DNA from: Lama glama
Lineage: Eukaryota
DNA length: 64,000 nucleotides
Assembly (NCBI GenBank): GCA_028534125.1
Contig: CM052817.1
Span: forward strand, 51,834,001-51,898,000
Direction of reading: 5' to 3'
In this document: piece after piece, positions 39,721 through 52,109 of the stretch
How the letters are laid out: every line of letters starts with the position of its first letter
Position numbering within the stretch: the stretch's first letter is position 1
Made by a program: the position numbers and the translations under genes
Notes under the pieces: generated by a model
Database searches by the model: none
Seen by the model: the letters and a program-made list of their open reading frames with translations, nothing else
Told to the model about the DNA's origin: nothing

Positions 39721-40744
39721 CTGGTGATTGTTTTATAATGGAAATTCCATGCTTTACTCACTTATGCAAACCATTTTTTGACTTTATGTCACAATCAGAA
39801 ACTCAAGAATCTTATCCAGACCCACAAGGCCTTAACACTCCCTGGTTCTACTCAACCACTCTGATTCCTTGCCTGTCCCTCTCTCTGGCTTTCTCTCTTC
39901 ATTCCATTCATTCTGATCTTCTGCTAGAAGCTAAAGCATTCCAAACTCATTTCTGATTCATAATCTTTGCTTTTGTGGAAACCTTTGGCCTCTGCCTGAA
40001 ACCCTTTAGCCCCCAAACTATGCATGACTGGATCCTTCTTATTTTCTTGTTTCTGTTTCTGATTAAATATCACCTTCTCAATAAAGCCTTTGGCTAACCA
40101 ATCTAAGTTAAACTTCTCTTCAGTCATCTTGTTTCATTTCTTAATAGGACTTACCATTATTCAAAATCACTTAGTTTATTTTGTGATTTTATATTAACTT
40201 GTTTATTCCCACACCCCACATATCAAAATAAACACCATGAGAGGAAAAACTATATGCTTCATCACTGTTAACAATGGTACTTAGAATAGCATCTGACACA
40301 TTATAAATGCTGCATATATTTCTGTTGAATGAATGAATAAAAATAGTGAAGTCAATTAAGACTTTTAAATATTAAGGTCATACACAATTAAACATTAATA
40401 CATGTTTCTTCTCAGTTGATTAAGTTCATTAATTCTCCTACTCTAAAGATGCATACTGTCACTTTCCACATGAGGGTAGAAAGTGTGTGTCTCATAATGT
40501 GATTGTAATTTACACAGTACAATTTTCTATCCACAATGATATATAAGTTTCTTTATCACAGAGGTTTCCAGAAAGCACTATTATCTTGTGAGCTCTCACC
40601 CTTTCTTTTGTAATGAATTAGAGTGATTATCCATTTCTTTCTGAGCATAATTAATTTCTCTCATTCTGGGATGACAGTTGTCTTTCTAGGGTACATGCCA
40701 TCAGAGTCTAAACTTTGCACTCTGAATCAATTATGAGAATAATT

Positions 40745-40980
40745 CTAGCGTAGAATGCATGGTCTCCATAACCACAGGCCTGAACTGAATTCTCTCTAAC
40801 TGAATTACTGTTTGTTCAATCTTGGACAAGTCACTTAAACGATATGTCTCTGTTTCTTCATCTACAAAATTAGCTTAATACTACTAGTAGCTACTTTATA
40901 GGTTTGTTGAAGAATTAATTGAGTCAATATATGGAAAGAACTTAGACACATAGTATTCATTAAGTAAATATATGCTTATC
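40745..40980 (+). mobile_element. MIR SINE
   Basis: cttggacaagtcacttaaac...tctgtttcttcatctacaaaat...ataggtttgttgaagaattaattgag. Confidence 0.8.
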
Positions 40981-42760
40981 AAAGAAATTACAACACAAGT
41001 CATCTTGATTTCACTGCACACATCATTAACTGTTTGACATTTCATTATAAAATTGTTCTCTAACTGTAAATCTTAATTACACTGACTAAAACATAATTTA
41101 TGTATATTTTGCAAAATAACAGATTCATCCAAAACAACGTGTGTGTAGTCTTAAAACTCCACCTAATTTTCACTGTGTATCATGTGTAACTTAAAAATCA
41201 TATTTAATAAGTTTGGCCTCAAAGTTTTTTAGTTACTTCAGTGAATTGTTCTATAATTTGACAGTACAATGAGGGGATAGGGTGTCGGTGTCCAAGATAG
41301 TACAATAAGAAAGTTGACTTTCCTACTGTGAAAATACTGGAAATACTTTTCAGAGGATATTAAAATGAATCACAACTCATAATGATATATAAAATTCCTA
41401 AGAACAATCATTTGTCATCCATTATCACCACGAATATAGCAAAATATTATCCATTCTTTTTGTTTTTTAAACCCAAGCTTTGTACAGATACATAAGTGAT
41501 ACTAGTGAGTTACTACAAAACAATTAGACATATCTATATCTATATCTATATATCAGTGCTGCCATATACTTAGGCTAATCAACCATTATTAAAAAGATAT
41601 GCATTCCATGGAAATAATTACAACCTCTAAAAGGGTAAAAATAACTGTGAGCTTATAATTTTTTAAAATGCAAAATATCCCAATTAAGTAAAACTTTGGA
41701 TTAGTATAAAATAGGTTATGATTTGGCTTGTTTCATTCTAATGTTTTCTGTTTTGATTGGAAATTATTTACCACGATTTGGATTTATGCCTCTCACTTAC
41801 TCTGAACAAGGTCATAATTGTGGGACACTAACTACTGTCATGATTTTATAGGCAGAAGCTAGCACAGAAGATACTTTTATGATAAGAGATTGATAATTAG
41901 ATTAATTTTTCTAGAACTAAATTTGTCTTTTTTTTGGTACAAGTACTCTCAAATTAAATTGACTTATTCTACCAATTACATAGTGATTCAAAGCATATAG
42001 TTAGTAACAGGTTTATTTTAAAGCTAATTTATTCTAATTGGTTCCAGTGGAAGAACCACTTGTCAAAATAAGTGATTTTATGGGTACATTTCTCTGATTG
42101 ATTCTATTTGTAAATTTCCTGCTATATTTTATGGCTGAAGTGGGTGATTATGATTCTGGGTTAAAATATTCAGGGTTTTCATATTCTGCCACGTGAGAGC
42201 TGGATAACTGTATTGAGAATTCTCCTCCTCCTCTTTCTCTTCTTCTTTGTCCTCCTGCTGCTCCTCTGCTTTCTTTCAGGGAAGGTAGCAGCAGAATCTC
42301 AGAAGTTATCTAAGAATAATTTAGATCTTTATAAGGTGTATTCTCAATTCATCACTGTGCAGAAATGTCATGAAGATCAATTTAGGTTAGAATCTTCATT
42401 AAACTCCCTCATTTGAAAAAGCACTAGATTTCTTTTTTTCTCTTTGTTTTTTTTTTTTTTTACCAATGAAAAACAGATTAGTAACCATGATTTCATTTTT
42501 CTTCAAATTACAGAAAAGGTGTCTATTATTTTTAAACATCTTTAATGGTATGAAGAAAAGTATATAAAGATTTCACATATCATTATGCTGGAGTGGAGAG
42601 TGAAGGAGAAATATAGTATTTTGAGAATGAGATATATATCTCTAGATAGAAAGATATATGTGGTTTTGACTTGAATAAATGGAATCCTACTGTTTTCTTC
42701 TCTTTTTTTTGTTTTGAATAAAGACCATTAATTATCACCCTTCCACCATTTTGCATGGGG

Positions 42761-42787
42761 TGTGTGTGTGTGTGTGTGTGTGTGTGT
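42761..42787. repeat. (TG)13 microsatellite
   Basis: Read directly. Confidence 0.97.
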
Positions 42788-42789
42788 CT

Positions 42790-43030
42790 ATGCAGATAAC
42801 TTGTTTATAGGTCAGTGGACCAAAAGGAGCCACGCCCACAGCACAAAATTCATTACCTAGAGAACTTGGCTCTGAGGTGGAGGGCCTAGACAGAAGAGTG
42901 GGTTATCTCTCTTGAGGAATTTCAGAGTATTTTCTATATGTGGAAAGAAAGAAGCAAAGGATATTTGATGCCCAGAAGTATGAAACGTAGCAGAGAATAT
43001 TAAGAAGTATCCGTTTTCCAGATTGTTCTT
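42790..43030 (+). mobile_element. MaLR internal (MLT1-int) 3' end and start of LTR
   Basis: ataggtcagtggaccaaaaggagccac...gggttatctctcttgagg...tgtggaaagaaag...ggatatttgatgcccagaag then cgtagcagaga. Confidence 0.55.
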
Positions 43031-44820
43031 CATTAGGTTTCACTGGGAAATTATATAAGAAAAAAACTAAGAAAGATATTATAATTTTTGTAGAAATGCT
43101 GGTAAGAAATTTATCACTGAATTTTTCATCTTTTTATGAGAACCACAAAAGAGTTTTTCTTGTGCTACCAAAATTTCTACATCTGACGTGAACTAACAAG
43201 CCTTTATACTACACAATCTATGATACTTGATAAGAAGACTGTAGTCAAATTTTGAATGAGGTTTATACTTGTGTAGAGGTTTCTCCCTTTCAGGACTTAA
43301 AATTGGTTTCATTTTAATATGTGATCTTTTTTTTTTTCACTTGACAATGCGTTTAAAATTTTATATGTTACCTAATGATGTTACATGATTAGAACAAGTG
43401 AACCCAAACTCTTTTTGTAATTATGAGAAGTATGTAAAATAGACATAAATAAGTCAATATTTTTGTGGTTTGTGGTCACATAAATATACAAAATGTTGGG
43501 ACATTGTTCAAAGGATATAATGCCACTTATTAAGAGGAACACAAGGACAGCATTGGTCTGAGAGAAAAAAATATTCTCTGTATGAAATTATTAGAATTTA
43601 ACAATAAAACCTTTGTTTACTTTTACAGTCATTTACTATTTTTTAAAAGGAGAATGGGCATTGAAAAAATCTTAAAGGAGGAAAAAGACTGTTTAGCATT
43701 GGTATCTATCACCCTTTTCAACAATTTTATTAAATCATTGCATTTTTGGAAGTTATAAATCACTTACGTAGCTCAATAAATGTCCCATGTTGCACTATGA
43801 AAAGAAATTAGAATTAGGTAAGGCATTAAGAAATCTGTGATATTTGAGAATGAGAGAGACAGAAGGAGAGGAGAGACTATAGATAATAGACAGATAGGTA
43901 TGGGTAGCTTCTGGGCTGTTTCCTTCTTTTCTTTTCATTAATGTATCTTTGGAAGCGCTATGTGCTGCAGAGCTGTGGCTCCCTATATTGAGGTGCATCC
44001 TGAGTTTTCTGGCCCAGACTACCTTGAGTTGGGCAGTGAGGGAGCCACAGGGAATTTGGTGGGAAAATTATTTTTCCATTACACGGGTCTCTTATCCTTA
44101 ATGAAAGAATGTGATATTTATTGACTGGTGTTTGACATTCTGAATCTTTTATTAATAAAAGTTTTCCAAATAAATCTGACATACTGAAGGAGATGGAACA
44201 CAATCAAATTGAATACTGCACAAAACCAATACTCTTGGTGGTGGAATGACTTTAATTTGTAGTTAGTAATTAAGTGAAGGTAAAAGGCATAGCTTGGACC
44301 TAACTAAAAGTCCATTCGTAGTAAAAAAGAATATTGAGTGTACAGGAAAAAATGGTAATTCATTTTCAGTAGCACCTATTTCTTAATAAAGTCATAACAA
44401 CTGTTAGAAAGAAGACTTGAGTCTATTCCCTTATTACCTGTATTCATGGGCAGGAATGATAATCAGTCATGTATACTGTGGATGATTTCAGTTTGCTTAG
44501 GGTAGCCTGTCTGGTAAAATAAACAGTGTGTAACAGGTCTTAATTCCATGAAAATCTTGAAGAATCAATATTTTCTAATAAGGTCAAACAATGAATTACA
44601 TACAATGGATCTGATATATTCAAAGGACAAAAAAATGAATAGTATATATTGAAAAAACTGTAGTGTGGTTTTTTGTAATGTTATATTTTAAAAGTGTTTT
44701 TGCTGTATTTCTTAGTTACACCGAGATACTATGTATATGTATAAGTAATTACCATAGGAGAAAAAGACCAACAGGCATTTAAATTAGGATAGTTTATAAA
44801 TTCTAAAATATGTATTTGCC

Positions 44821-44868
44821 TCTAAATTTAAATTTCATTACATTTCTAAATTTAAATTTCATTACATT
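44821..44868. repeat. Perfect 24-bp tandem duplication
   Basis: tctaaatttaaatttcattacatt twice. Confidence 0.95.
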
Positions 44869-45971
44869 TATAGATTTATCAAATTTAAGTTCTAAAATTG
44901 TACAATTATTCATTATGATATATTTATATGTAGCATTCCAAAGCATGTTTTCACACCTTTCATGTAACCGGTAGTTTGTTTACTGAGTAGAAGGTGGCGT
45001 GGGTCTGGCAAAGGTGTCACTTTAGAAATTTATGTTTCCAAACAATTGGCAAGGTTCTTATTAAGCTGAATCCACTGTTCAGAAGAACCTACCTTTTGAG
45101 TAATATATCACGATGGTGCCTTTACACCAAAGATCTATTATATGAGCACCACAGCATTGTGACAGTTCTAATGATGAATGGGATAATTCATCATGAACGT
45201 TAAGTTTTGTTGTATTCCTCAGAGTCGTTTCCTAGCTGAAGAAGAATGAGACTTAGAAAACAAAGTGGCTTCAGCTCCATAGGAAGAATTTGTCAGTCAT
45301 TAAGAAGTCTATAGTGCATTTCTTTCTCTGATGAGGAATATAAGGCAGGAGTTATGAAAGCTGTTATATGGAGCAGTGTCATTTCAACAAAGTACTGTAC
45401 AACTGACTCGAGGATTGAAGTATTTCTATTAAATATAAGAAATTTTGGTCAATGTGCAACATCTTTAGCACCTACTTATTTATGCAGAACATCCCAAATG
45501 TTAGTATTTGAAGAAAGAAGATGCAAAAAACCTGGTCCTGGTCTATGAAAAGCATTCAGTCTAATTAAAGAAGTTACATTTATTTAAATTATAAAAATTA
45601 ACAACGTATGAAAAATTCTGCTTTAAGAGTTGATCCGAACACTACCTCTTCTAATATTTTGGAATAAAAATGAGTACTGATATTTCAATGAGATGAGGGA
45701 GACAATAATTTTGCTCAATGCGCAGCTTTACGGGAAAGCATTCAGGACACTAACTCTTGCAAAAAAACTTTGTGCCAGGGACATGAATAGCCTTATGTGA
45801 ATAATCTGTTGCCTTCGAAGGAACTCTAACTGTAAAAGCCCTAGTGAAAAAGCGAGTGCACCCTCTATTTCTGTAGGCCACCTACTTATGCAGAGGACAG
45901 TACAAATTTTGATTCTGTTTTTATCTCAAATATGTATGATTAAATTTAGATTATACCCATAAAATCAGACA

Positions 45972-46218
45972 GAAGGAAAGGGGGTGGGAAGGGATAAAAT
46001 GGGAGTTTGAGATTTGCAGATACTAACTACTGTATATAAAATAGGTAAATGTAAGTTTATACTGCATAATACAAGCAACTGTATTCAATATCTTACAGTA
46101 ACCTATAATGAAAAAGATTATGAAAAGGAATATATGTATGTATATGTGTGACTGAAACATTATGCTGTACACCAGAAATTGATACCACATTGTAAACTGA
46201 CTATACTTCAATTAAAAA
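45972..46218 (+). mobile_element. L1 3'UTR, 5'-truncated
   Basis: ggggtgggaagggataaaatgggagtttgagatttgcagatactaactactgtatataaaatag...gctgtacaccagaaattgataccacattgtaaactgactatacttcaattaaaaa. Confidence 0.92.
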
Positions 46219-46384
46219 TGGGCTCCACTGGAGGGTACTGCCTTCTTTTAGTCTCATGCCTCTTCCTTCCTAGGGCCTATGTGTACACCAATTTCTCTAA
46301 CTGGAAAATCCTTACCTCCCATTTTATGACCTGTTAGATATACAAAAAAAAAAAAGAAAAGAAAAGGTTAGAGAATGCAACCAA

Positions 46385-47830
46385 AAATCATGTTTATATC
46401 ACTCAATGTAAGAAATAAAACATTGCCAATAGATTTTAATTTCTGTCACTCCAGTCATATCTACTTCCTCCCCGACGCTCAGCCTCAGATAACCAATGCT
46501 CTGATCCAAAAGTTTCTCAATTTCACACATTTAACAAATAGTTTGTACTACGTATATACATATGCTTAAGTAATAAATCATTGTTTCACTTGTTTTAAAA
46601 CTTCGTATATATAGGATCATGGCAGATACCATTGAATATAATGGTATGTATCCATTATGTAATTGATTTTTTACACCCAATATTACTTAAAACAGTCATC
46701 TATATTTATACAGATAGAGCTAGTTTATCCATTGTCACCATTGTTGGATATTTAATGTATGAATACAACGTGATTTGCTCATCCATTCTTCTAAAGATTA
46801 CACTTAGGGCTTTAAATTTCCTAATTTATTTCCTTCCTTTTTTCCTACCTCCTTTCCTCCATTCCTCCCTTCCTTCCACTACTCTCTCTTTTCTTGAGTG
46901 ATAAAATAAATGCTGATAAGAATTTATTCTCTTGTATACATACATATGGTTGGGTAACATTCATCACATGCACATCTTCAGTTTTTGCTAGGAATTATCA
47001 TATTGCTGACTAGAATGATTGTACCAAATCATATTTCCTTAGCAGAATGAAAGAGATGTCATTTCTCTGCATCTTTGTTATCACTGTGGAATTCTGTCTT
47101 ACTAGGTTTTTATTGCACTTTCCTGATAATAGAAAAGTTGAGCTCATTTTATATGTTTATTAGTCTCTTCTGTGAATTGTCCAATTAAACATTCTGTTTG
47201 TTAGTCAATTGGGTTGACCATTTCTTCTTAATTTTTAACTTTAAAAAATACATTATGCATACAAACTCTTGGAAGTATTTTCCAACCTAAGATTATATTT
47301 TAGCCTTCTGATGTCTTTTTATAACTATATAATGTAATCCAATGTTATCAAGGTTTTTCTTTAAAGTTTGGGTTTTTTACTCCTTATTTAAGAAATCTCC
47401 AATCTTATGAAGAGTGTATTTTCTTCCTAAATTTAAAAGTGGTTGTAAAATTAAAGTTTTAAAATATATATGATGTCAGGTATGGATTCATTTTTTCTTC
47501 CACAAAGATAACTGATTGTGCAGGAAGCATTTGGTGTCTAGTCCATTTTTCCACACTGAGCTGGATTGTACTTCATTTCCTTACAAGCACAGGTTTCTTT
47601 CTGGGTCCTATATTCAGTTTACTGTTCTAATTACCTCTTCATTGGTTAACATCATATTTTAAACATATTATACTTTGATATCTGATAGGGCAAACTTCTT
47701 CAACTTATTCTTATCCTTTTTCAAAATTAACATGTCTCTTCTTATACTTTGGTTTTCCAAGTAAAATCTAGAAACAGGTTGTCAAACCTCATGAATAATA
47801 CTGATAGGTTTTTTTTATTCCAATTGCAAA
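46385..47830 (-). mobile_element. Ancient L1 (L1ME-like) 3' region
   Basis: aaataaatgctgataagaat...tgcacatcttcagtttt...gaatgattgtaccaaat...ttttccaagtaaaatctagaaacaggttgtcaa. Confidence 0.72.
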
Positions 47831-48317
47831 TACTTAACCTAATTAACACCTAATTGCCTTTCAGATGTCATTTAAATAGATTTTTCCACTTTAATACAAT
47901 CCATGATTTCTCTAAGAGTATTATACCCCCTAATATTATCTCACTGAAATATACCTCTACTTTGTTGCACTTACTATGGGTACATTTTTCTATTTGTCTC
48001 TGAAAAGATTTGTCTGTGTCTTTTCCCCACTAATGATACTAGTAAAAATAATAATAGTAAAATAAAAACAAGAATAACATAACTACTAATACTTAGTCAA
48101 CATACATAAACACACAAACTGAGATAAATCCTGAAATGAAACAGTATATTGTAGTGATTTAAGTTAATGTCCTAGATGACAGATTATCTAGGGCAGACCT
48201 GTATCTCTCAAAGAAAATCTTGGAAGCACAATATGTTAAATAGCATAACTGGCTAGTCATTTACATTTTTATTTTGCTAAATATACCAATCAAAGTAAAA
48301 CAAGTCAAATTAAAAGC

Positions 48318-48505
48318 AAATTAGGAGTCTGGGATTAACAGATACACACTACAATATATAAAACAGAGAAACAGCAAGGATCTACTGTATAGCATAGGGA
48401 ACTATATTCAATATCTTGTAAGAACTAATAATGGAAAAGAATCTGAAAAAGAATATGTATATATATTTGAATCACTTTGCTCATATAACTATGCTTCCAT
48501 AAAAA
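48318..48505 (+). mobile_element. L1 3'UTR fragment
   Basis: ttaggagtctgggattaacagatacacactac...ctactgtatagcatagggaactatattcaatatcttgta...aatggaaaagaatctgaaaaagaata. Confidence 0.9.
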
Positions 48506-50370
48506 TGATTAAAGAAAATGGAAAAAATGAATGTCACATTATCTTTGTGCTGATTTAATTATTAAGAAATTAAGAGAATATCTAGCATGCATCTGTTTAT
48601 CCCCTGATCTATCTAATATCTCTATCTTAAATACAAATGTACACATTAATTTGGTAATGCATGTTGACAATATTCCAAAGGAAGTTTTTTCCCAAGCAAT
48701 TGAAACTCAGGATTGAATAATCTTTTACTCCACAGAACAGCTGTTACTTTGTTTACTGTAATTTACGTCTATAAAACCTAAATAATAGTGAAAAGAGAAT
48801 GGGAGTCTCCACAGTTGATTTGCAGGATAGAGCTTTTTGCTTTTACTCATGCTATACAGCTTCATTTTCCTTAAATTCAGTGTCCTTGTCTTTTGATGTA
48901 ATCAGATCTTCTTTATCTTTCTGAAAATCAGAACAAAGGCCTATATCTAGAAATGACCATTTATATTTTCCCAGATACTCTTCCCTAAGGGAAACATACT
49001 TTTCTCACCAGCTATTTTTTCGTATTTGTCACCAAAAGGGATCTTTAAAAAGTGGCACCAGCTTCAACGGCTGAAAATGTTGTGCTCACAAGCGATTTCT
49101 TTTTGGACAACTTTGACTTATATGGCAAAATGAATGTTAAAACATTTTAAAGAACAACATTAATATACAACGAAATGCAATAGAGGTGGAGATTTTTTAA
49201 GATGCAAAAACTCATATAGAGCTGCCAAACCTAGTTACACTAAAAACAAATGAGAAAAATGTAGACTGCCTCCTGAGCATTCAAAAACCATCAGACACTC
49301 AATATGTAGTAATGACTGAACATATTCACTGTACTTAAAGCCTATGTTAAAAGAAGAGTCTAGAGAAATTTGAATTAAAGAAGATTCTGTGAAATTTGCC
49401 TAAGTACAGAATGCACATCTATTTTGAATTTTCTTGCTTTTATTTAAGACAAGTGGTGGATAATTTCACAGCTGTCAGTTAATGCACATAATGAATGTCT
49501 TATAAAAGGATGAAAGCATGAAGTTGTATTCATGTTCCCCAAGTATGTAAAATAAATTCAAAGGGATGTCAAGATCTGGTCTGAAATGAAAAATGCAAGA
49601 GCACTCTAGTTTAGCAGTGTGTGGGGACAGGGCTGGGGAAGGCTAAGCCCTTGTCTCCCCACAGATTAAATCAATAGGAGAGCAGGCTTGAAACCTACTG
49701 CCTTAACTCTTAGATTTTTACATCAGTTTCTAAGGACTTTATTATATGGCACTTTTATCTGACATGGGGCCAACTTTAATTAATTGCTTTGAAACACTTT
49801 GTCTTTTAAATTTAATACTGAATAATGGCTTCTTTAGCTTTTAGGATCTGTGGGCATTTTTTATCTAGACAGGATGGATAAGGACATCCTCTAACTATAG
49901 AAAAAGAAGCACAATGAAATTAATCAAACAGAACTGCATAGTGTTAACATAGGGTAGGTTTAACAAATCTAAATCTCATTCATCTAATCTCTTAAAGTTC
50001 CATGAGATTGTACCAGAGTTACTTTTTGATTTCTGAAAATGAAATGCTTAGATACTATTTCTTTAGTACTACTGTGATAATCATTGTGCTGATTTAAACA
50101 AAAAAGAATCAATGAACAAAACATATGAAATCTGTGATGTTAGACATCCTTCAACTTATTTAAAATATCACCATAAAATTTATATGTTTTGGACATAGCA
50201 CATAATCACACACTCAAAACATGGGTTAATATTGTGTTTGCACACAGAATATCTCCATTGCTTTTTCATTTTGTTGATTCTTTATGGTTTGTTTCTATGC
50301 GCTTCTCTGAAAATCAGTATGTTTTTGCAGTCTTAACCTTCACCTTTGCCTTGGTTTATGATCCAGTCTA

Positions 50371-50821
50371 CTGAAGGAAAGAAATCACCAGTTTAGGGCA
50401 GCATTAATTACAAACAAGATCACACAATCATCTACCCTTGAGTCAGAACTTTTTATTTGTAGCAATAGAAGTATCCAGAGCAACAGCATATTTGTGTCAG
50501 TTCCCTAAGCCCTAATTTCTAAGACGATGCAAAGAGGTCTAGATGACACCAGCATACATGAAAGGTTCCATTACAGAAGATGAATCCTGACCTTACAGAA
50601 ATTGAATCTTTTATAACAAACAGTGAGCATTCTTGCTCTTTGTTCCAGAAATAGACACAATCTCTACCTTCTGAGACTATAAGCCAAGTTCCCCTTTGCT
50701 CTGGAGAAAAGATATTATCTCTTATCTTCTAAGACTTTACTTTAAAACAATGGTAATCAGTTCCTAGGCTTGTGAGACATACAGAAGTCTGAGAGACACC
50801 TAGAGAATTGTCTTCTCAATA
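50371..50821 (-). mobile_element. ERVL-class solo LTR (MER70-like)
   Basis: Reverse complement starts tattgagaagacaattctctaggtgtctctcagacttctgtatgtct (cf. TGTTGGGAGACAATTCTCCATGGGTCTCTC) and includes ctccagagcaaagggg. Confidence 0.7.
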
Positions 50822-51175
50822 TCAAGAATTATTATAAAATAACATTGAATAAGATAGTCTGATATTGGCAGAATAGCTAAATAAACTAAGAGTCAAGAAA
50901 CAAACCCATGTATATAGTTACTTTACAGATGTGCCACTGCACTGGCAGTATACTTGGGAAAGATAGCCTTTTCAAAAAATTGTTTTGTGTTACTTAGATA
51001 TCCATATGGGATAACATGTATACATTTACACACATACATATGCACATAGTGACTCCTATTTTGTACTGTAGACACAAAAGCAATGCAAGATGGATTATAG
51101 ATTCAGACATGAGAGACGTAAAAAAATAAAAAAAAACACTTCTAGGAGACAACGGAGAAGAAGACTTTCATGAGC
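50822..51175 (+). mobile_element. Ancient L1 ORF2 fragment
   Basis: atcaagaattattataaa...gatattggca...agagtcaagaaacaaacccatg...gggaaagatagccttttcaaaaaattg resembles ORF2 IKTYYK...WYW...ESPEINP...GKDSLFNKW. Confidence 0.75.
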
Positions 51176-52109
51176 AGATTTTTAAACATCACTGAAGAAG
51201 GACATATTTGGAAGGTGCTGATAGCTCATTTCCCTCTCCCTTTGGTTGGTTGACAGATATCTGGCTCAGCAGATCCTAGTAGAATCAATGGCAGATGAGT
51301 TTGATATTAGTCAGTGGGTTTCAGATTATCACCCCTTCTAACAAAGTCACTTCCCAAACCAAGAAACTTCTACTTTTACATAGCCCCATACATTTTCCCT
51401 GCTCCCCTGTCCCTGTAACTAAGTAGAGCATTACTGAGGCGGTCTTCTCTCCTCAGTGTGCATGCAGTCTATTTTTGCCCAGTGGAGGCTATAAGATAGG
51501 ATAACAAGAGATTTTGGACACTTTATTCCTTCTCTGCTTCTAAGATTTTCCCAATAAACCCCACCTCATATCTGTACCTTTATGGTACTGTGGTTTTATA
51601 TTTATACTCTTTTTTTTTAAAGGCAGTTGTTGGCCATTAAGGGACATACTCCACTCTGCCTATGAATTTTTGGAAAAGTGTAACTGGCTTACATGGATGG
51701 GTACTATTTCTTCCTAATTTTGATAACAGGTCACCCTCTGCTAGCCTTGAATGAGTAGGCTGGCCGTTAGGTCAACTTAGCACTCCCTCCTCTAAAGAGA
51801 CTGCTGAGATGTCTCTTCCAAGCCCCAAAGGAGTCATTTTGTCAAGGAAAGTAACAAGTAGCCACCTAGTCTGTTAGCCAATACCCAGCAACCTCCTAGC
51901 ATCCAGGCGTTTGATTAATTTCTTGAAGCCTTAAAAAAAAGCAGGTTGGCAGCAGAGAGGTCTGTGAACCACAAAGTCCTCCGACAACAAAAACAAACAA
52001 ATAAACAAAAGCCCTGGAGACCTTTGTGCCTCATTCAAATATGGTGTGCTGGGTGCCAAGAGCTGGAGCTGAGTTGGGGGCTGCAGTGATCACAAGAAAT
52101 CAAGGGCCC

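Larger units (their letters stand above)
38755..40339 (+). mobile_element. L2 LINE 3' region, interrupted by MLT1D and a SINE
   Basis: ccatatccaatgcatccataaatcctgttagttctac...ctgaccacttct; attactgcaatagccactaactagtctcc; ends ctgttgaatgaatgaataa. Confidence 0.8.

Noticed and set aside
42213..42416. Signal-peptide-like ORF MRILLLLFLFF... and strong polypyrimidine acceptor at 42278
   Set aside because: Hydrophobicity comes from a low-complexity CT-rich tract; the start is TTG; downstream donors are weak.
45093..45167. Minus-strand 75-nt symmetric exon candidate (LSQCCGAHIIDLWCKGTIVIYYSK) with AAG/gtaggt donor
   Set aside because: Weak acceptor, unrecognised peptide, no partner exons.
17095..50821. 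Two MER70-like LTRs as possible ends of one provirus
   Set aside because: Opposite orientation, 33 kb apart, no ERV internal sequence between them.
51610..51670. Minus-strand QSGVCPLMANNCL resembling a retroviral Env CX6CC motif
   Set aside because: Motif incomplete and flanks show no Env similarity; 51200-52030 remains unassigned.
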